Positions 8,953 to 19,721 of a stretch of DNA of 32,000 bases are shown here, in pieces. The stretch's first letter is position 1. Every line of letters begins with the position of its first letter. The notes under the pieces are model-generated. The model was not told the origin of the DNA and searched no databases. It saw only the letters and a list, made by a program, of their open reading frames with translations. Made by a program: the position numbers and the translations under genes. The stretch comes from Pseudoalteromonas tetraodonis (lineage in GTDB: Bacteria > Pseudomonadota > Gammaproteobacteria > Enterobacterales > Alteromonadaceae): assembly GCF_002310835.1 (NCBI RefSeq), contig NZ_CP011042.1, forward strand, positions 630,001-662,000. Direction: 5' to 3'.

Positions 8953-10017
8953 ATGAAAAATTCCAAACATAATCATCATGAAAATAATCATACGAGGTCT
9001 AATCCTACCATGAGTAAAAAAATCACCTTAATTGCAATAATCACTTTATTTGCACTGACGATTTTATATTTTACCGGCGCTTTTAACAGCGATGCGGTTA
9101 CTGCGCAGCGTTTTGTTAATTTACAACAAGGTGATCAAGCCCATGCGGGTTTTCGTCGAGCCCATGCAAAAGGTATTTGTTTAGCGGGGTCGTTTGAGTC
9201 TACCGGTGAGCTTGCTAAATATTCGCAAGCAAAGGTATTTGATTTAGGGGCCACTCCTTTTGTTGGCCGTTTTTCTATTGCGGGCAATAACCCAACCGCG
9301 CCTGATTTAAAAGCACCGGTGCGCAGTTTAGCGTTTTCTATAACTACCGATGATAACCAAGAATGGCGCGTAGCAATGAACACGCCTCCAGTTATGGCTG
9401 TAGCGACGCCAGATGCGTTCTTTAAACAGTTACAAGCGCTATCCCCTGATCCGGTAACTAAAAAACGCAGTCCTGAAAAAATTAAAGCCTTTTTTGCCGC
9501 ACACCCTGAAAGTGCCGCATTTAATAACTGGAAAGCAAGTTATAAACCAACCAGCAGTTTTGCCACTGAGCAATACCACAGTATTAATGCCTTTTATTTG
9601 GTTGATGAAAATAATAAAAAGCACGCCGTACGTTGGATAGCTAAACCACAATTAAGTGATGAAAACATTCAACCACTTAATAATGATTCAGCCGATGCAT
9701 TGCAGCTACAACTTAAAGATCAAGTTGCTCAAGCCCCCGTTAAATTCGACATGCTGTTTAGCTTTGCAACCGAAGAGGATGATGAAAATAACCCAACTGT
9801 TTTATGGCCTCAATCACGTAAAACCATAAATGCCGGTACGTTAGTTATCTCAAGGCTTCAGGCGCAAGAAGGAGGCGTGTGTGCTGATATGAACTTTGAT
9901 CCCTTGGTACTTCCTACAGGGATAGAGCCAAGCGCCGATCCTATATTACGTGCCCGTGGCGCGGCTTATGCTGAGTCATTTCGTCGTCGTGCTAAAGAAG
10001 TACTTTTAAATAATTAA
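8953..10017 (+). CDS. Catalase-related haem protein / catalase-family peroxidase, exported or membrane-anchored
   Basis: 354 aa. It has a catalase distal-His motif FRRAHAKG and a proximal-Tyr region RARGAAYAESFRRR. It is about 40 kDa rather than the ~55+ kDa of a true catalase. The start is ambiguous: ATG 8953 adds a His-rich polar extension (KHNHHENNH), whereas ATG 9010 gives a classic signal or anchor sequence, MSKKITLIAIITLFALTILYF. Confidence 0.85.
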   Translation: MKNSKHNHHENNHTRSNPTMSKKITLIAIITLFALTILYFTGAFNSDAVTAQRFVNLQQGDQAHAGFRRAHAKGICLAGSFESTGELAKYSQAKVFDLGATPFVGRFSIAGNNPTAPDLKAPVRSLAFSITTDDNQEWRVAMNTPPVMAVATPDAFFKQLQALSPDPVTKKRSPEKIKAFFAAHPESAAFNNWKASYKPTSSFATEQYHSINAFYLVDENNKKHAVRWIAKPQLSDENIQPLNNDSADALQLQLKDQVAQAPVKFDMLFSFATEEDDENNPTVLWPQSRKTINAGTLVISRLQAQEGGVCADMNFDPLVLPTGIEPSADPILRARGAAYAESFRRRAKEVLLNN

Positions 10018-10033
10018 TAACAGGAAATATCGA

Positions 10034-10573
10034 ATGAAAACAATTAATAAATACTCAGCGTCGAGTATGCTTATTCACTGGGCGATGGCGTTAATCATAC
10101 TTTCTATGTTATTTCTTGGTTTGTCGATGGTACAAAGTTTAGCGGTTTGGCAAATAGAGGCCATTGCGCTGCATAAGTCATTTGGTATTTTAGCGTTGGT
10201 GTTAGTTGCTATTAGATTAATCAATAAAGTCGTCACCACCAGTCCTGCATTACCACCGAGTGTGCCTAAGGCTCAAGCATTAGCCGCGCATTTAACCCAA
10301 GTGGGTTTATATGCATCTATGATTTTAATGCCGATTTCTGGTTGGTTAATGCAAAGCGCTGATGGCCGTCATGTGGGCTTTTTTGATTTATTTACTTTGC
10401 CTAGCTTAGTTAGTAAAGATATTGAACTATATGCTTTTTTCCGTGAAGCACATGGTTTAATTGCTTACGCATTTTTATTGTTTATTTTTATGCATGTTAG
10501 TGCCGCGCTTTATCATGGTTTAATAAAGCAAGATGGCGTATTAGGCTCTATGTTACCTGGTAAGCATAAATAA
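10034..10573 (+). CDS. Cytochrome b561 family protein (CybB/YceJ-like, four TM helices, dihaem)
   Basis: 179 aa with four hydrophobic helices. His residues sit in the pattern typical of the family (LIHWAM..., HKSFG, FREAHG, MHVSAALYH). AGGAAA Shine-Dalgarno. Starts 16 nt after the catalase-like gene. Confidence 0.85.
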   Translation: MKTINKYSASSMLIHWAMALIILSMLFLGLSMVQSLAVWQIEAIALHKSFGILALVLVAIRLINKVVTTSPALPPSVPKAQALAAHLTQVGLYASMILMPISGWLMQSADGRHVGFFDLFTLPSLVSKDIELYAFFREAHGLIAYAFLLFIFMHVSAALYHGLIKQDGVLGSMLPGKHK

Positions 10574-10589
10574 ACTGATAGTTTTATAC

Positions 10590-10628
10590 AAAAAAGGCAC
10601 AGATGCGCTCGCACCTGTGCCTTTTTTA
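10590..10628. terminator. Bidirectional Rho-independent terminator between the cytochrome b561 gene and hisA
   Basis: AAAAAA GGCACAG-a-TGC gctc GCA-c-CTGTGCC TTTTTT. An A-run precedes and a T-run follows, so it should work for both convergent transcripts. It lies 19 nt past the hisA stop. Confidence 0.85.
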
Positions 10629-10639
10629 GAGCTATATTT

Positions 10640-11365
10640 TTAGCTTAATTTAAGCGCGTCTTCTACGCTAAAAGCACCATCTAATAAAGACTTGCCTAAA
10701 ATCACGCCGCCAACACCAAGTTCATTTAGCTTTTTAATATCATCTAACGAACTTACCCCACCCGACGCTTGTACTTTAATATCTGCATTATGATTAATTA
10801 AATCTTCATAAAGCGCAAAAGAGGGGCCGGTCATGGTGCCGTCTTTACTGATGTCCGTACATAAAAAATCAATAATGCCCAGCTCTACATAAAAATCAAT
10901 AAGTTCAAATAGCCCAAACTCAGATTCATTTAACCAACCATGGGTTGCTGGCGCCCAGCCGGACTCAGTTTTATTAACATCAAGGGCAATCACAAAGTGC
11001 TCAGCGCCAAATTGTTCAATCCAAGCTTTAACCTGTTCACGCTTTTCAACTGCCATTGAACCAATAACCACTTGATTTGCTCCGGCTTTTATCCAATCGC
11101 TCACATCTTGCTCTGAACGAATACCACCACCCACTTGGTAGGGTACATCCAGTGCTTTTGTGGCTGCTTGAATATGTTGCCACTGCTTTTTACTTGGATC
11201 GCGTGCGCCTTCTAAATCAACTAGGTGCAGTTTACCCGCGCCGCTGTCAGCGTATTCTTTTAGGCGAGCGCCAAGTTCAAAGGGGTAAAACTGTGCGGTA
11301 TCATATTTACCTTGATACAAACGTACAATTTGATTTTGTAATACGTCTAATGCTGGAATAATCAC
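10640..11365 (-). CDS. hisA: ProFAR isomerase HisA
   Basis: 241 aa. MIIPALDVL...VRL N-terminus and (beta/alpha)8-barrel HisA signature. Follows hisH in the canonical order. Confidence 0.96.
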   Translation of the reverse strand: MIIPALDVLQNQIVRLYQGKYDTAQFYPFELGARLKEYADSGAGKLHLVDLEGARDPSKKQWQHIQAATKALDVPYQVGGGIRSEQDVSDWIKAGANQVVIGSMAVEKREQVKAWIEQFGAEHFVIALDVNKTESGWAPATHGWLNESEFGLFELIDFYVELGIIDFLCTDISKDGTMTGPSFALYEDLINHNADIKVQASGGVSSLDDIKKLNELGVGGVILGKSLLDGAFSVEDALKLS

Positions 11366-11398
11366 TGTGTATCTCTTTTATTATTTATTAACAGTCGC

Positions 11399-11989
11399 TT
11401 ATAACTGCCAATCTAGAAAGTTTTGTAATAAACGAGTGCCTACTTTAGCACTTCGCTCTGGGTGAAATTGCATACCGGCATAATTATCTTTAGCAACAAT
11501 GGCTGAAAAAGTTTGCCCGTATTCACTACTGACTAAAGTGGCATCGTTAACGGTGTGCGCAAAGCTGTGCACATAATAAACCTGATCGTCTTTATGCAGC
11601 CCTTTGGTTAGTGGGTGCGCTTGTTGGATAGATAAGTTATTCCACCCCATATGCGGTGACGTTAAACTACCTACATCCAGTGCTTTTACTTGGCCTGGTA
11701 TTTTACCTAAGCATTGCACGTTACCTTCTTCGGTGCTTTCGCACAGCAGTTGCATCCCCAAGCAAATTCCCATTAGCGGGCGCTGATATTCGTTAATGGC
11801 TTGCTGCCAACCATTATCGACTAGGCGCTTCATAGCCACAGATGCATGGCCAACACCAGGTAAAATAGCGCGCTCATAGCCCGCTAATTGTTCTGGCGAG
11901 GTAATAACCGTAGGGGTTTTACCTAAACGCTCAAATGCAAAGCGTACCGAGTTGATATTGGCACAACCGGTATTAATTATCGCTATCAT
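11399..11989 (-). CDS. hisH: Imidazole glycerol phosphate synthase glutamine amidotransferase subunit HisH
   Basis: [15 protein letters not shown] matches E. coli HisH MNVVILDTGCANLNSV, and the catalytic GICLGMQ is present. I prefer ATG 11989, which has an AGGGG Shine-Dalgarno 5 nt upstream and an ATGA overlap with the hisB stop, over the ORF-track GTG at 11995. Confidence 0.95.
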   Translation of the reverse strand: MIAIINTGCANINSVRFAFERLGKTPTVITSPEQLAGYERAILPGVGHASVAMKRLVDNGWQQAINEYQRPLMGICLGMQLLCESTEEGNVQCLGKIPGQVKALDVGSLTSPHMGWNNLSIQQAHPLTKGLHKDDQVYYVHSFAHTVNDATLVSSEYGQTFSAIVAKDNYAGMQFHPERSAKVGTRLLQNFLDWQL

Positions 11990-13047
11990 AAACACCCCTT
12001 AGAGCTGGCTGTTTGTTGACTAGTATCTTGTGCAATTGCCATACGCAGTGCCCGTGAAAACGCTTTAAATAAGCCCTCTACTTGGTGATGACAGTTACCG
12101 TCACTTACCGACAAAATAAGGCTAATTGCAGCGTTATCACTTAAGCTTTTGAAAAAATGCTCTACCATTTGTACGTCTAAATCACCGGCTTTTTCGCGGC
12201 TAAAGTTTGCGTTTAACACAAATGAAGCACGTCCAGATAAGTCAATTTGTGCTTCGGCTTTACATTCATCCATAGGCAATGCAAAACCATAACGCGCAAT
12301 TTGAGATTTTGTGCCAAGTGCTTGTTTAAGAGCAACCCCTAAGGCAATACCAATGTCTTCAACAAGGTGATGCTCGTCTATGTGTAAATCGCCTTTGGCT
12401 TTAATGTTTAAGCCAATGTTTGCGTGGGTGCGTATTTGATCCAGCATGTGATCAAAAAAGCCAAGGCCGGTGTCTATGCTACCGTTTTTAGTTTGATCAA
12501 GATTAACCGCTACATCAATTTGTGTTTCTTTGGTATTGCGTGTAACACGGCCTTCACGGTTTGCCGTTGTAAGCTTAGTAACAATAGCAGGCCAGCTACC
12601 ATCGTATAAAATACCTTCACAACATAAGTTTTGCGCAAGACCAATATCTGTTTGGCGGTCGCCAATTACAAAAGAGCGCGCTAAATCTACGTTGCCAGAG
12701 CGCATAAGCTCGGTCAGTAAGCCTGTTTTTGGCTTACGGCAATCGCAGTTTTGTTCATCAAAGTGTGGGCAAATGAGTACATCTTCAAAGTTAATCCCTT
12801 GGCTGTTGAGTATGTCCATCATTTTGTCTTGGGCTATGTCAAAATCCGCAGTAGGGAAACTGTCAGTGCCTAAACCATCTTGATTAGATACCATCACTAA
12901 GCGATAGCCTGCTGCTTGCAGTTGCAATAATGCCGGAATAACACCAGGTAAAAAAGCCAACTTTTCAAGGCTATCTACCTGTTTGTCGGTGATTGGCTCT
13001 TCAATAATGGTGCCGTCACGGTCTATAAATAAATAGGGATTACTCAT
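11986..13047 (-). CDS. hisB: Bifunctional histidinol-phosphatase / imidazoleglycerol-phosphate dehydratase HisB
   Basis: N-terminal HAD phosphatase motif (FIDRDGT) and a C-terminal IGPD domain. I place the start at ATG 13047 ([13 protein letters not shown]), which forms an ATGA overlap with the hisC stop. The 17-codon upstream extension in the ORF track lies inside hisC. Confidence 0.95.
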   Translation of the reverse strand: MSNPYLFIDRDGTIIEEPITDKQVDSLEKLAFLPGVIPALLQLQAAGYRLVMVSNQDGLGTDSFPTADFDIAQDKMMDILNSQGINFEDVLICPHFDEQNCDCRKPKTGLLTELMRSGNVDLARSFVIGDRQTDIGLAQNLCCEGILYDGSWPAIVTKLTTANREGRVTRNTKETQIDVAVNLDQTKNGSIDTGLGFFDHMLDQIRTHANIGLNIKAKGDLHIDEHHLVEDIGIALGVALKQALGTKSQIARYGFALPMDECKAEAQIDLSGRASFVLNANFSREKAGDLDVQMVEHFFKSLSDNAAISLILSVSDGNCHHQVEGLFKAFSRALRMAIAQDTSQQTASSKGCL

Positions 13048-14144
13048 GATACTTCCTGTTGTGATAGGGCTGTTGGGGTGGTTAAACCATCGAGCCAAAT
13101 TTTTACTTGTTCTAATTCTTGTTCGCTACCAATTGAAATGCGTAGCCAGTCGTCTTCACCGTATAAGGTAAATGCTCGCATGACTAAGCCTTGTTCAAGG
13201 GCAACTTTAAAGCTGTTTTTATCGGCCAATTTTAAGGTAACAAAGTTGCCTTCACCAGTGAGAATTTTTAATACAGCAGGGGAGGCGTTTAACCACTCTA
13301 TTAGCTTTAATTTTAAGCTGTTTAAAATGCTCACTTGGCGACGCATAGAGGTAATGGCATCAGGGGCAATGGCTTGCGCTGCAATACTCGCTACCACGCT
13401 CGATACCGGATACGGTGCAATGACTTTACAAATGGGCGCAAGTACACTGGCTTGAGCGAGGGTAAACCCGGTTCGCAGGCCTGCCAACGCAAACGCTTTT
13501 GACAGTGTACGTAGCACTACAATATTACTAAACTCGTTTATAAGTTGTGTTGCACTTTGCTCTGGGCAAAACTCAATATAGGCTTCATCAACAATCACCA
13601 ATGCTTTACCTGCAAGCGCAGTGGCAATGGCTTTTACTTTATCTAGCGGCGTTAAACTACCTGTTGGGTTATTTGGATTACAAATAAACACCAGTTTTGA
13701 GCTACCGACCGCAGTGACAATATCATCAACATTGGCTGTTAATAATAACTCTTGAGTAAGCGCGTTAATAGCCACATTGTGCGTATCAGCAGTGACTTTA
13801 TACATACCGTAGGTAGGCAAAAACAGCGCAATACTGTCCTTAGCTGGCTGGCAATACGTGCGTACTAAAAGCTCAATGCCTTCATCTGCACCTCGCGTCA
13901 TAAGGACATTGTCGCTTTTAAGCTCGGTATAAGCTGCATAGCGATCAATAACCAATTGTGGCTGAGGGTCGGGGTAGCGATTTAAATCTTCAATACTCAA
14001 CTCAAGGTTTTTAGCATATGGGCTTTCGTTGGCATTGAGCCACGTTGTGCCTGTTAACTTTTCACTTTTAGCCGAGCTGTAAGCAGCAAGCGCTTTAATA
14101 TTCTCGGGTAATAAGCTGGTTGCTTGGGCGCTCTCATTGCTCAT
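13044..14144 (-). CDS. hisC: Histidinol-phosphate aminotransferase HisC
   Basis: 366 aa class-II aminotransferase. The N-terminal region [16 protein letters not shown] parallels E. coli HisC. PLP-lysine context [12 protein letters not shown]. Overlaps the hisD stop by 11 nt. Confidence 0.96.
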   Translation of the reverse strand: MSNESAQATSLLPENIKALAAYSSAKSEKLTGTTWLNANESPYAKNLELSIEDLNRYPDPQPQLVIDRYAAYTELKSDNVLMTRGADEGIELLVRTYCQPAKDSIALFLPTYGMYKVTADTHNVAINALTQELLLTANVDDIVTAVGSSKLVFICNPNNPTGSLTPLDKVKAIATALAGKALVIVDEAYIEFCPEQSATQLINEFSNIVVLRTLSKAFALAGLRTGFTLAQASVLAPICKVIAPYPVSSVVASIAAQAIAPDAITSMRRQVSILNSLKLKLIEWLNASPAVLKILTGEGNFVTLKLADKNSFKVALEQGLVMRAFTLYGEDDWLRISIGSEQELEQVKIWLDGLTTPTALSQQEVS

Positions 14145-15435
14145 TGTTTATTGCCTCTAAACGAATTGAAACCGCATTAGCGTGGGCATCAAGGCCTTCT
14201 GCGTCTGCCAGTGGTAAAATAGCTTTTGAAAGCTCTGTTAAGCCACTTTTACTAATAGTTTGTACTGTGTATGTGCGGAAAAAATCAAGCAAGTTTAAGC
14301 TTGAGTATGTCGCGCTATAACCGTAAGTAGGTAATACGTGGTTAGTACCCGATGCATAATCGCCAGCCGATTCTGGTGTGTAGTCGCCAACAAATACTGA
14401 ACCTGCATTTTTAACCGCATCAAGGTACGGGCTTGCATCTGCCAGCTGTAAAATTAAGTGCTCTGGCCCATATTGCGCTGATACATCAAATGCTTGCGCT
14501 ATTGAATCCACTAAAATAAGTGACGAATTGGCCAACGCTTGTTCAGCGGTGTCTTTTCGGCTTAAGTTAGCTAATTGACGAGTAAGCGCGTCTTGTGTTT
14601 GTTTAATAATAGTTTCGCTGTTACACAATAAAATAACTTGCGAGTCGGCGCCATGCTCTGCTTGTGAGAGTAAATCGGCCGCAATAAACTCTGGATTTGC
14701 TCGTTCATCTGCTATCACTAATACTTCAGATGGACCTGCTGGCATATCAATCGCCATTCCTGGAATTGTTTGTGCAACTAACTGCTTTGCCATAGTCACA
14801 AAGCTATTACCTGGGCCAAAAATTTTATTCACTTTAGGTACTGATTCAGTGCCGTAGGCCATTGCAGCAATCGCGCCTGCACCACCGCTTTCAATAATAG
14901 TGGTGATACCACATAATTTAGCAGCATATAAAATAGCAGGATTTATTGCTTTATCGCCTTGTACTGGGGTAGTGAGTACCACGGTTTTTGCACCGCTTAA
15001 CTGCGCCAATACACCTTGCATTATAACTGACGATGGCAATGGGGCACTGCCCCCAGGGACATAAATACCGACCGCTTCGATGGCTTGATATTTCAGTTCA
15101 CATTCAACGCCCGGTTGAGTCGATAACTTAATATCTTTAGGCAGTTGCGCTTGGTGAAAACATTTTACATTTGCATAAGCGGTATCAATTGCATACTTAA
15201 GCTCAGGGCTTAGCATTTTCTCAGCGGCATTAATTTCATCAAGTGGAACACGTAAACGCGGCTCAGCTCGGTTATCAAACTCTTTTGCTAACGCCAGTAA
15301 TGCAGCATCGCCTTGCGCATTTACTTTTGCCAAAATAGTTTGGCAAATACTTTCTACTTTTTCACTCGCTGATACAGCAGGGCGCATCAGCGCCGCTGCT
15401 TGAACCTGTGATGATTCTTCATTCCAACGAAGCAT
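14134..15435 (-). CDS. hisD: Histidinol dehydrogenase HisD
   Basis: 433 aa. LMRPAVSASE near the N-terminus as in E. coli HisD, and the conserved QAEHG and HVLPT motifs. Confidence 0.97.
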   Translation of the reverse strand: MLRWNEESSQVQAAALMRPAVSASEKVESICQTILAKVNAQGDAALLALAKEFDNRAEPRLRVPLDEINAAEKMLSPELKYAIDTAYANVKCFHQAQLPKDIKLSTQPGVECELKYQAIEAVGIYVPGGSAPLPSSVIMQGVLAQLSGAKTVVLTTPVQGDKAINPAILYAAKLCGITTIIESGGAGAIAAMAYGTESVPKVNKIFGPGNSFVTMAKQLVAQTIPGMAIDMPAGPSEVLVIADERANPEFIAADLLSQAEHGADSQVILLCNSETIIKQTQDALTRQLANLSRKDTAEQALANSSLILVDSIAQAFDVSAQYGPEHLILQLADASPYLDAVKNAGSVFVGDYTPESAGDYASGTNHVLPTYGYSATYSSLNLLDFFRTYTVQTISKSGLTELSKAILPLADAEGLDAHANAVSIRLEAINNEQ

Positions 15436-15440
15436 GGCTG

Positions 15441-16340
15441 TTACTCCATCATTTTTTCAATTGGCATAACTAAAATAGAATTCGCGCCGAGTGCTTTAAG
15501 TTGCTCCATGGTTTCCCAAAATAACGTTTCGCTACTTACCATGTGCAATGCTACATATTCGTCAGATCCTGCTAGTGCAAGTAATGTAGGTTGACCAGAA
15601 CCAGGCAGGATTTCACAAATTTCATCCAGCTTGTCTTTTGGTGCGTGTAGCATGATGTATTTGCTTTCTTTGGCTTGCTTAACACCACGCAAACGCGGCA
15701 TCAATTTATTGATAAGCGCGAGTTTGTCAGCATCTTGCAGTTGGGTGTTTTGAATTAAACAAGCGTTTGACTCTAAAATGGTATCACCCTGCATTAAGCC
15801 ATTAGCTTCAAGGGTTGCACCTGTTGAGACCAAATCACAAATGGCATCAGCAAGACCAGCACGCGGCGCCACTTCAACAGAGCCTGTGAGCATAACAGTG
15901 CTGGCGTTGATGCCTTCACGTTTTAAATATTGGCTTAAAATTTCAGGGTAGGTGGTTGCAATACGTTTGCCTTCAAACCAGCTTTTGTCTTGCTTACCTA
16001 GTTCTTGTGGCCATGCAAGTGCAAGACGACAGTAACCAAAATCTAATTTTGATAATTTAGTTACTTCGCTTGGAACGCCTTGGCGCTCTCTTTCTGCTTG
16101 TACTTCAACTAAAACGTTTTCGCCAACAATACCTAAGTCACATACACCGTCCATAACTAAACCTGGAATATCGTCATCGCGTACACGTAAAACGTCAATT
16201 GGCATGTTGGTTGAGTGTGCTATAAGGCGCTGCTCGCGAAGGTTGAGTTTTACACCCAGTTGCTTAAGCAGATCTTGACAATCTTTAGATAGGCGGCCGC
16301 CTTTTTGGATGGCGATACGAAGACGATTACTATTATTCAT
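15441..16340 (-). CDS. hisG: ATP phosphoribosyltransferase, long form, HisG
   Basis: 299 aa. [13 protein letters not shown]-terminus, with the C-terminal regulatory domain present. It is the first structural gene after the attenuator. Confidence 0.97.
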   Translation of the reverse strand: MNNSNRLRIAIQKGGRLSKDCQDLLKQLGVKLNLREQRLIAHSTNMPIDVLRVRDDDIPGLVMDGVCDLGIVGENVLVEVQAERERQGVPSEVTKLSKLDFGYCRLALAWPQELGKQDKSWFEGKRIATTYPEILSQYLKREGINASTVMLTGSVEVAPRAGLADAICDLVSTGATLEANGLMQGDTILESNACLIQNTQLQDADKLALINKLMPRLRGVKQAKESKYIMLHAPKDKLDEICEILPGSGQPTLLALAGSDEYVALHMVSSETLFWETMEQLKALGANSILVMPIEKMME

Positions 16341-16365
16341 TACTCATTTTCCTTTAATTTTAAAA

Positions 16366-16393
16366 CTAAAAACCCCGAGGGAAACCTCAGGGC
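16366..16393 (-). terminator. his attenuator terminator hairpin
   Basis: Minus-strand RNA reads CCCUGAGG (16392-16385), loop UUUC, CCUCGGGG (16380-16373), then UUUUU (16372-16368). It lies 27 nt upstream of the hisG ATG. Confidence 0.85.
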
Positions 16394-16468
16394 GAAAATG
16401 AATCTTGGTATGTTGATTCGCCAGAGGTTTCCTTTTAGGAACAACCTCTCAGCGAAAGACCTGACAGG
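16394..16468 (-). promoter_or_regulatory. his leader RNA with alternative antiterminator and anti-antiterminator stems
   Basis: GGAAACCUC (16432-16424) can pair either with the upstream AGAGGU..UUCCU arm (hairpin 16449-16424) or with GAGGUUUCC (16387-16379). The second pairing sequesters the 5' arm and loop of the terminator. CUGACAG inside the leader ORF (16507-16501) pairs with CUGUCAG (16467-16461). Confidence 0.7.
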
Positions 16469-16519
16469 TTATTCCGATGAATGATGGTGGTGATGTACTG
16501 CTGTCAGAGTGTTGCGCAT
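16469..16519 (-). CDS. hisL: his operon leader peptide (16 aa, five consecutive His codons)
   Basis: Hand translation of the minus strand gives ATG CGC AAC ACT CTG ACA GCA GTA CAT CAC CAC CAT CAT TCA TCG GAA TAA, i.e. MRNTLTAVHHHHHSSE*. It lies directly upstream of the alternative stems and terminator preceding hisG. Too short to appear in the ORF track. Confidence 0.88.
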   Translation of the reverse strand: MRNTLTAVHHHHHSSE

Positions 16520-16736
16520 TTTTTATCCTGTTTAGCTATTCGTTATTATGTTAACGCTTAGCTGTTGCTTGTTTAATAAATTTCGCATTTATAAAAACAC
16601 ATAAACCAATAGCATGGCAAGAAAAATTTTCTTAAATTAAAGAATACCTTATAACTGTCGATAATAACTAAAGGTTTGCTTTATTTATCAACAGTTTTAT
16701 AGTGATTAAATTACATTCAATTCAATGGAGGCACGC

Positions 16737-16970
16737 ATGGATATAATGATCCCTTATTTAGGGCCTATTACGCGTTTAACGCTTGAATCTAAAGGGGCTT
16801 TTCATATTGCTGGGGTTCAACAAAGTGCCAGTGCCAAAAAAGTCGAGTTAGAAGAGCGTAAAAAAAGAGAAGTAGAAAAGCAACATAAGCTGGCGTTTGA
16901 CGAAAATAAATCGCGCAATAAAACCGCTGAAGAAGATGACGACAAACCCCATTTAGATACATGGGCTTAG
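16737..16970 (+). CDS. Hypothetical small protein (77 aa; 81 aa if started at 16725) with a highly charged Lys/Glu-rich C-terminal half
   Basis: ORF divergent from the his promoter. GGAGG at 16727-16731 lies 5 nt before ATG 16737. I recognise no family and see no clear terminator. Confidence 0.5.
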   Translation: MDIMIPYLGPITRLTLESKGAFHIAGVQQSASAKKVELEERKKREVEKQHKLAFDENKSRNKTAEEDDDKPHLDTWA

Positions 16971-17454
16971 TACAAGTGATTGGCGATACCGTTATTGCCT
17001 CAAGTTAAAATCGCCCTCAATAAAAGCAAATTTGTTTAAACATAGCAAATAGTGGTGCATGGCTATGAACTGCGTGTTTTTAAAACTACTCCCTACCCAT
17101 TTAAAATAGATTACCCCTCTTTTAAAGCTCAACAGGTAAAGTCTTTTCCTTGCAACTACATGCTCATTGAGCAGTCGATTAGTGATTAACAATAAAGCGT
17201 GTGATTTTAAAATCTAATGCTTTTTGCTTGCTGTTTTATGTAAATATATGTATACGAAATGTTGTTTCTGGACTTCATTAGTTAAAACAGTAGTTTTTAA
17301 ATCATTGTAAAATAATAGATTAATTTCCGAGCTAATACTTTAATTGTAAATTAAATGTTTAATTTTCGTTATTTAAGTTTGTAACCTACTCTGATCCTTA
17401 ATCGGGTACAAGGTGTGCCGATTAATACAAATATATTAAAAACTTAAACTTTAA

Positions 17455-19650
<2,196 letters not shown>

Positions 19651-19661
19651 GCATACATATC

Positions 19662-19685
19662 AAAAGGGGCTTTGCCCCTTTTTTA
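19662..19685 (+). terminator. Rho-independent terminator after the M4 protease gene
   Basis: AAAAGGGGC ttt GCCCCTTTT followed by TT, 12 nt past the stop codon. Confidence 0.8.
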
Positions 19686-19721
19686 ATGCTTAAAATAAAA
19701 GTGACAAGATAAGGAATATTT

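Noticed and set aside
12530-12883. ORFs nested in the his genes, on either strand: 11077-11361, 11604-11786, 12424-12609, 12530-12883, 13078-13455 and 14120-14320.
   Set aside because: They overlap strongly conserved his coding sequence. Their Ser/Cys/Arg-rich translations are typical of out-of-frame or antisense reading.
13048-13098. 17-codon N-terminal extension of hisB in the ORF track ([17 protein letters not shown]).
   Set aside because: It lies inside the 3' end of hisC. The internal ATG at 13047 gives the conserved HisB N-terminus ([13 protein letters not shown]) and an ATGA stop-start overlap with hisC.
16637-16649. Exact 13-nt match TTAAAGAATACCT shared with the right end of the inverted-repeat element (296-308).
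   Set aside because: No similarity extends beyond the 13-mer. In 32 kb of AT-rich sequence on both strands, several 13-nt matches are expected by chance.
16992-17192. 66 aa minus-strand ORF in the protease upstream region.
   Set aside because: It has no Shine-Dalgarno, an AT-driven composition (Leu/Phe/Asn/Lys/Ile-rich) and no recognisable family. It is probably a chance ORF in AT-rich DNA.
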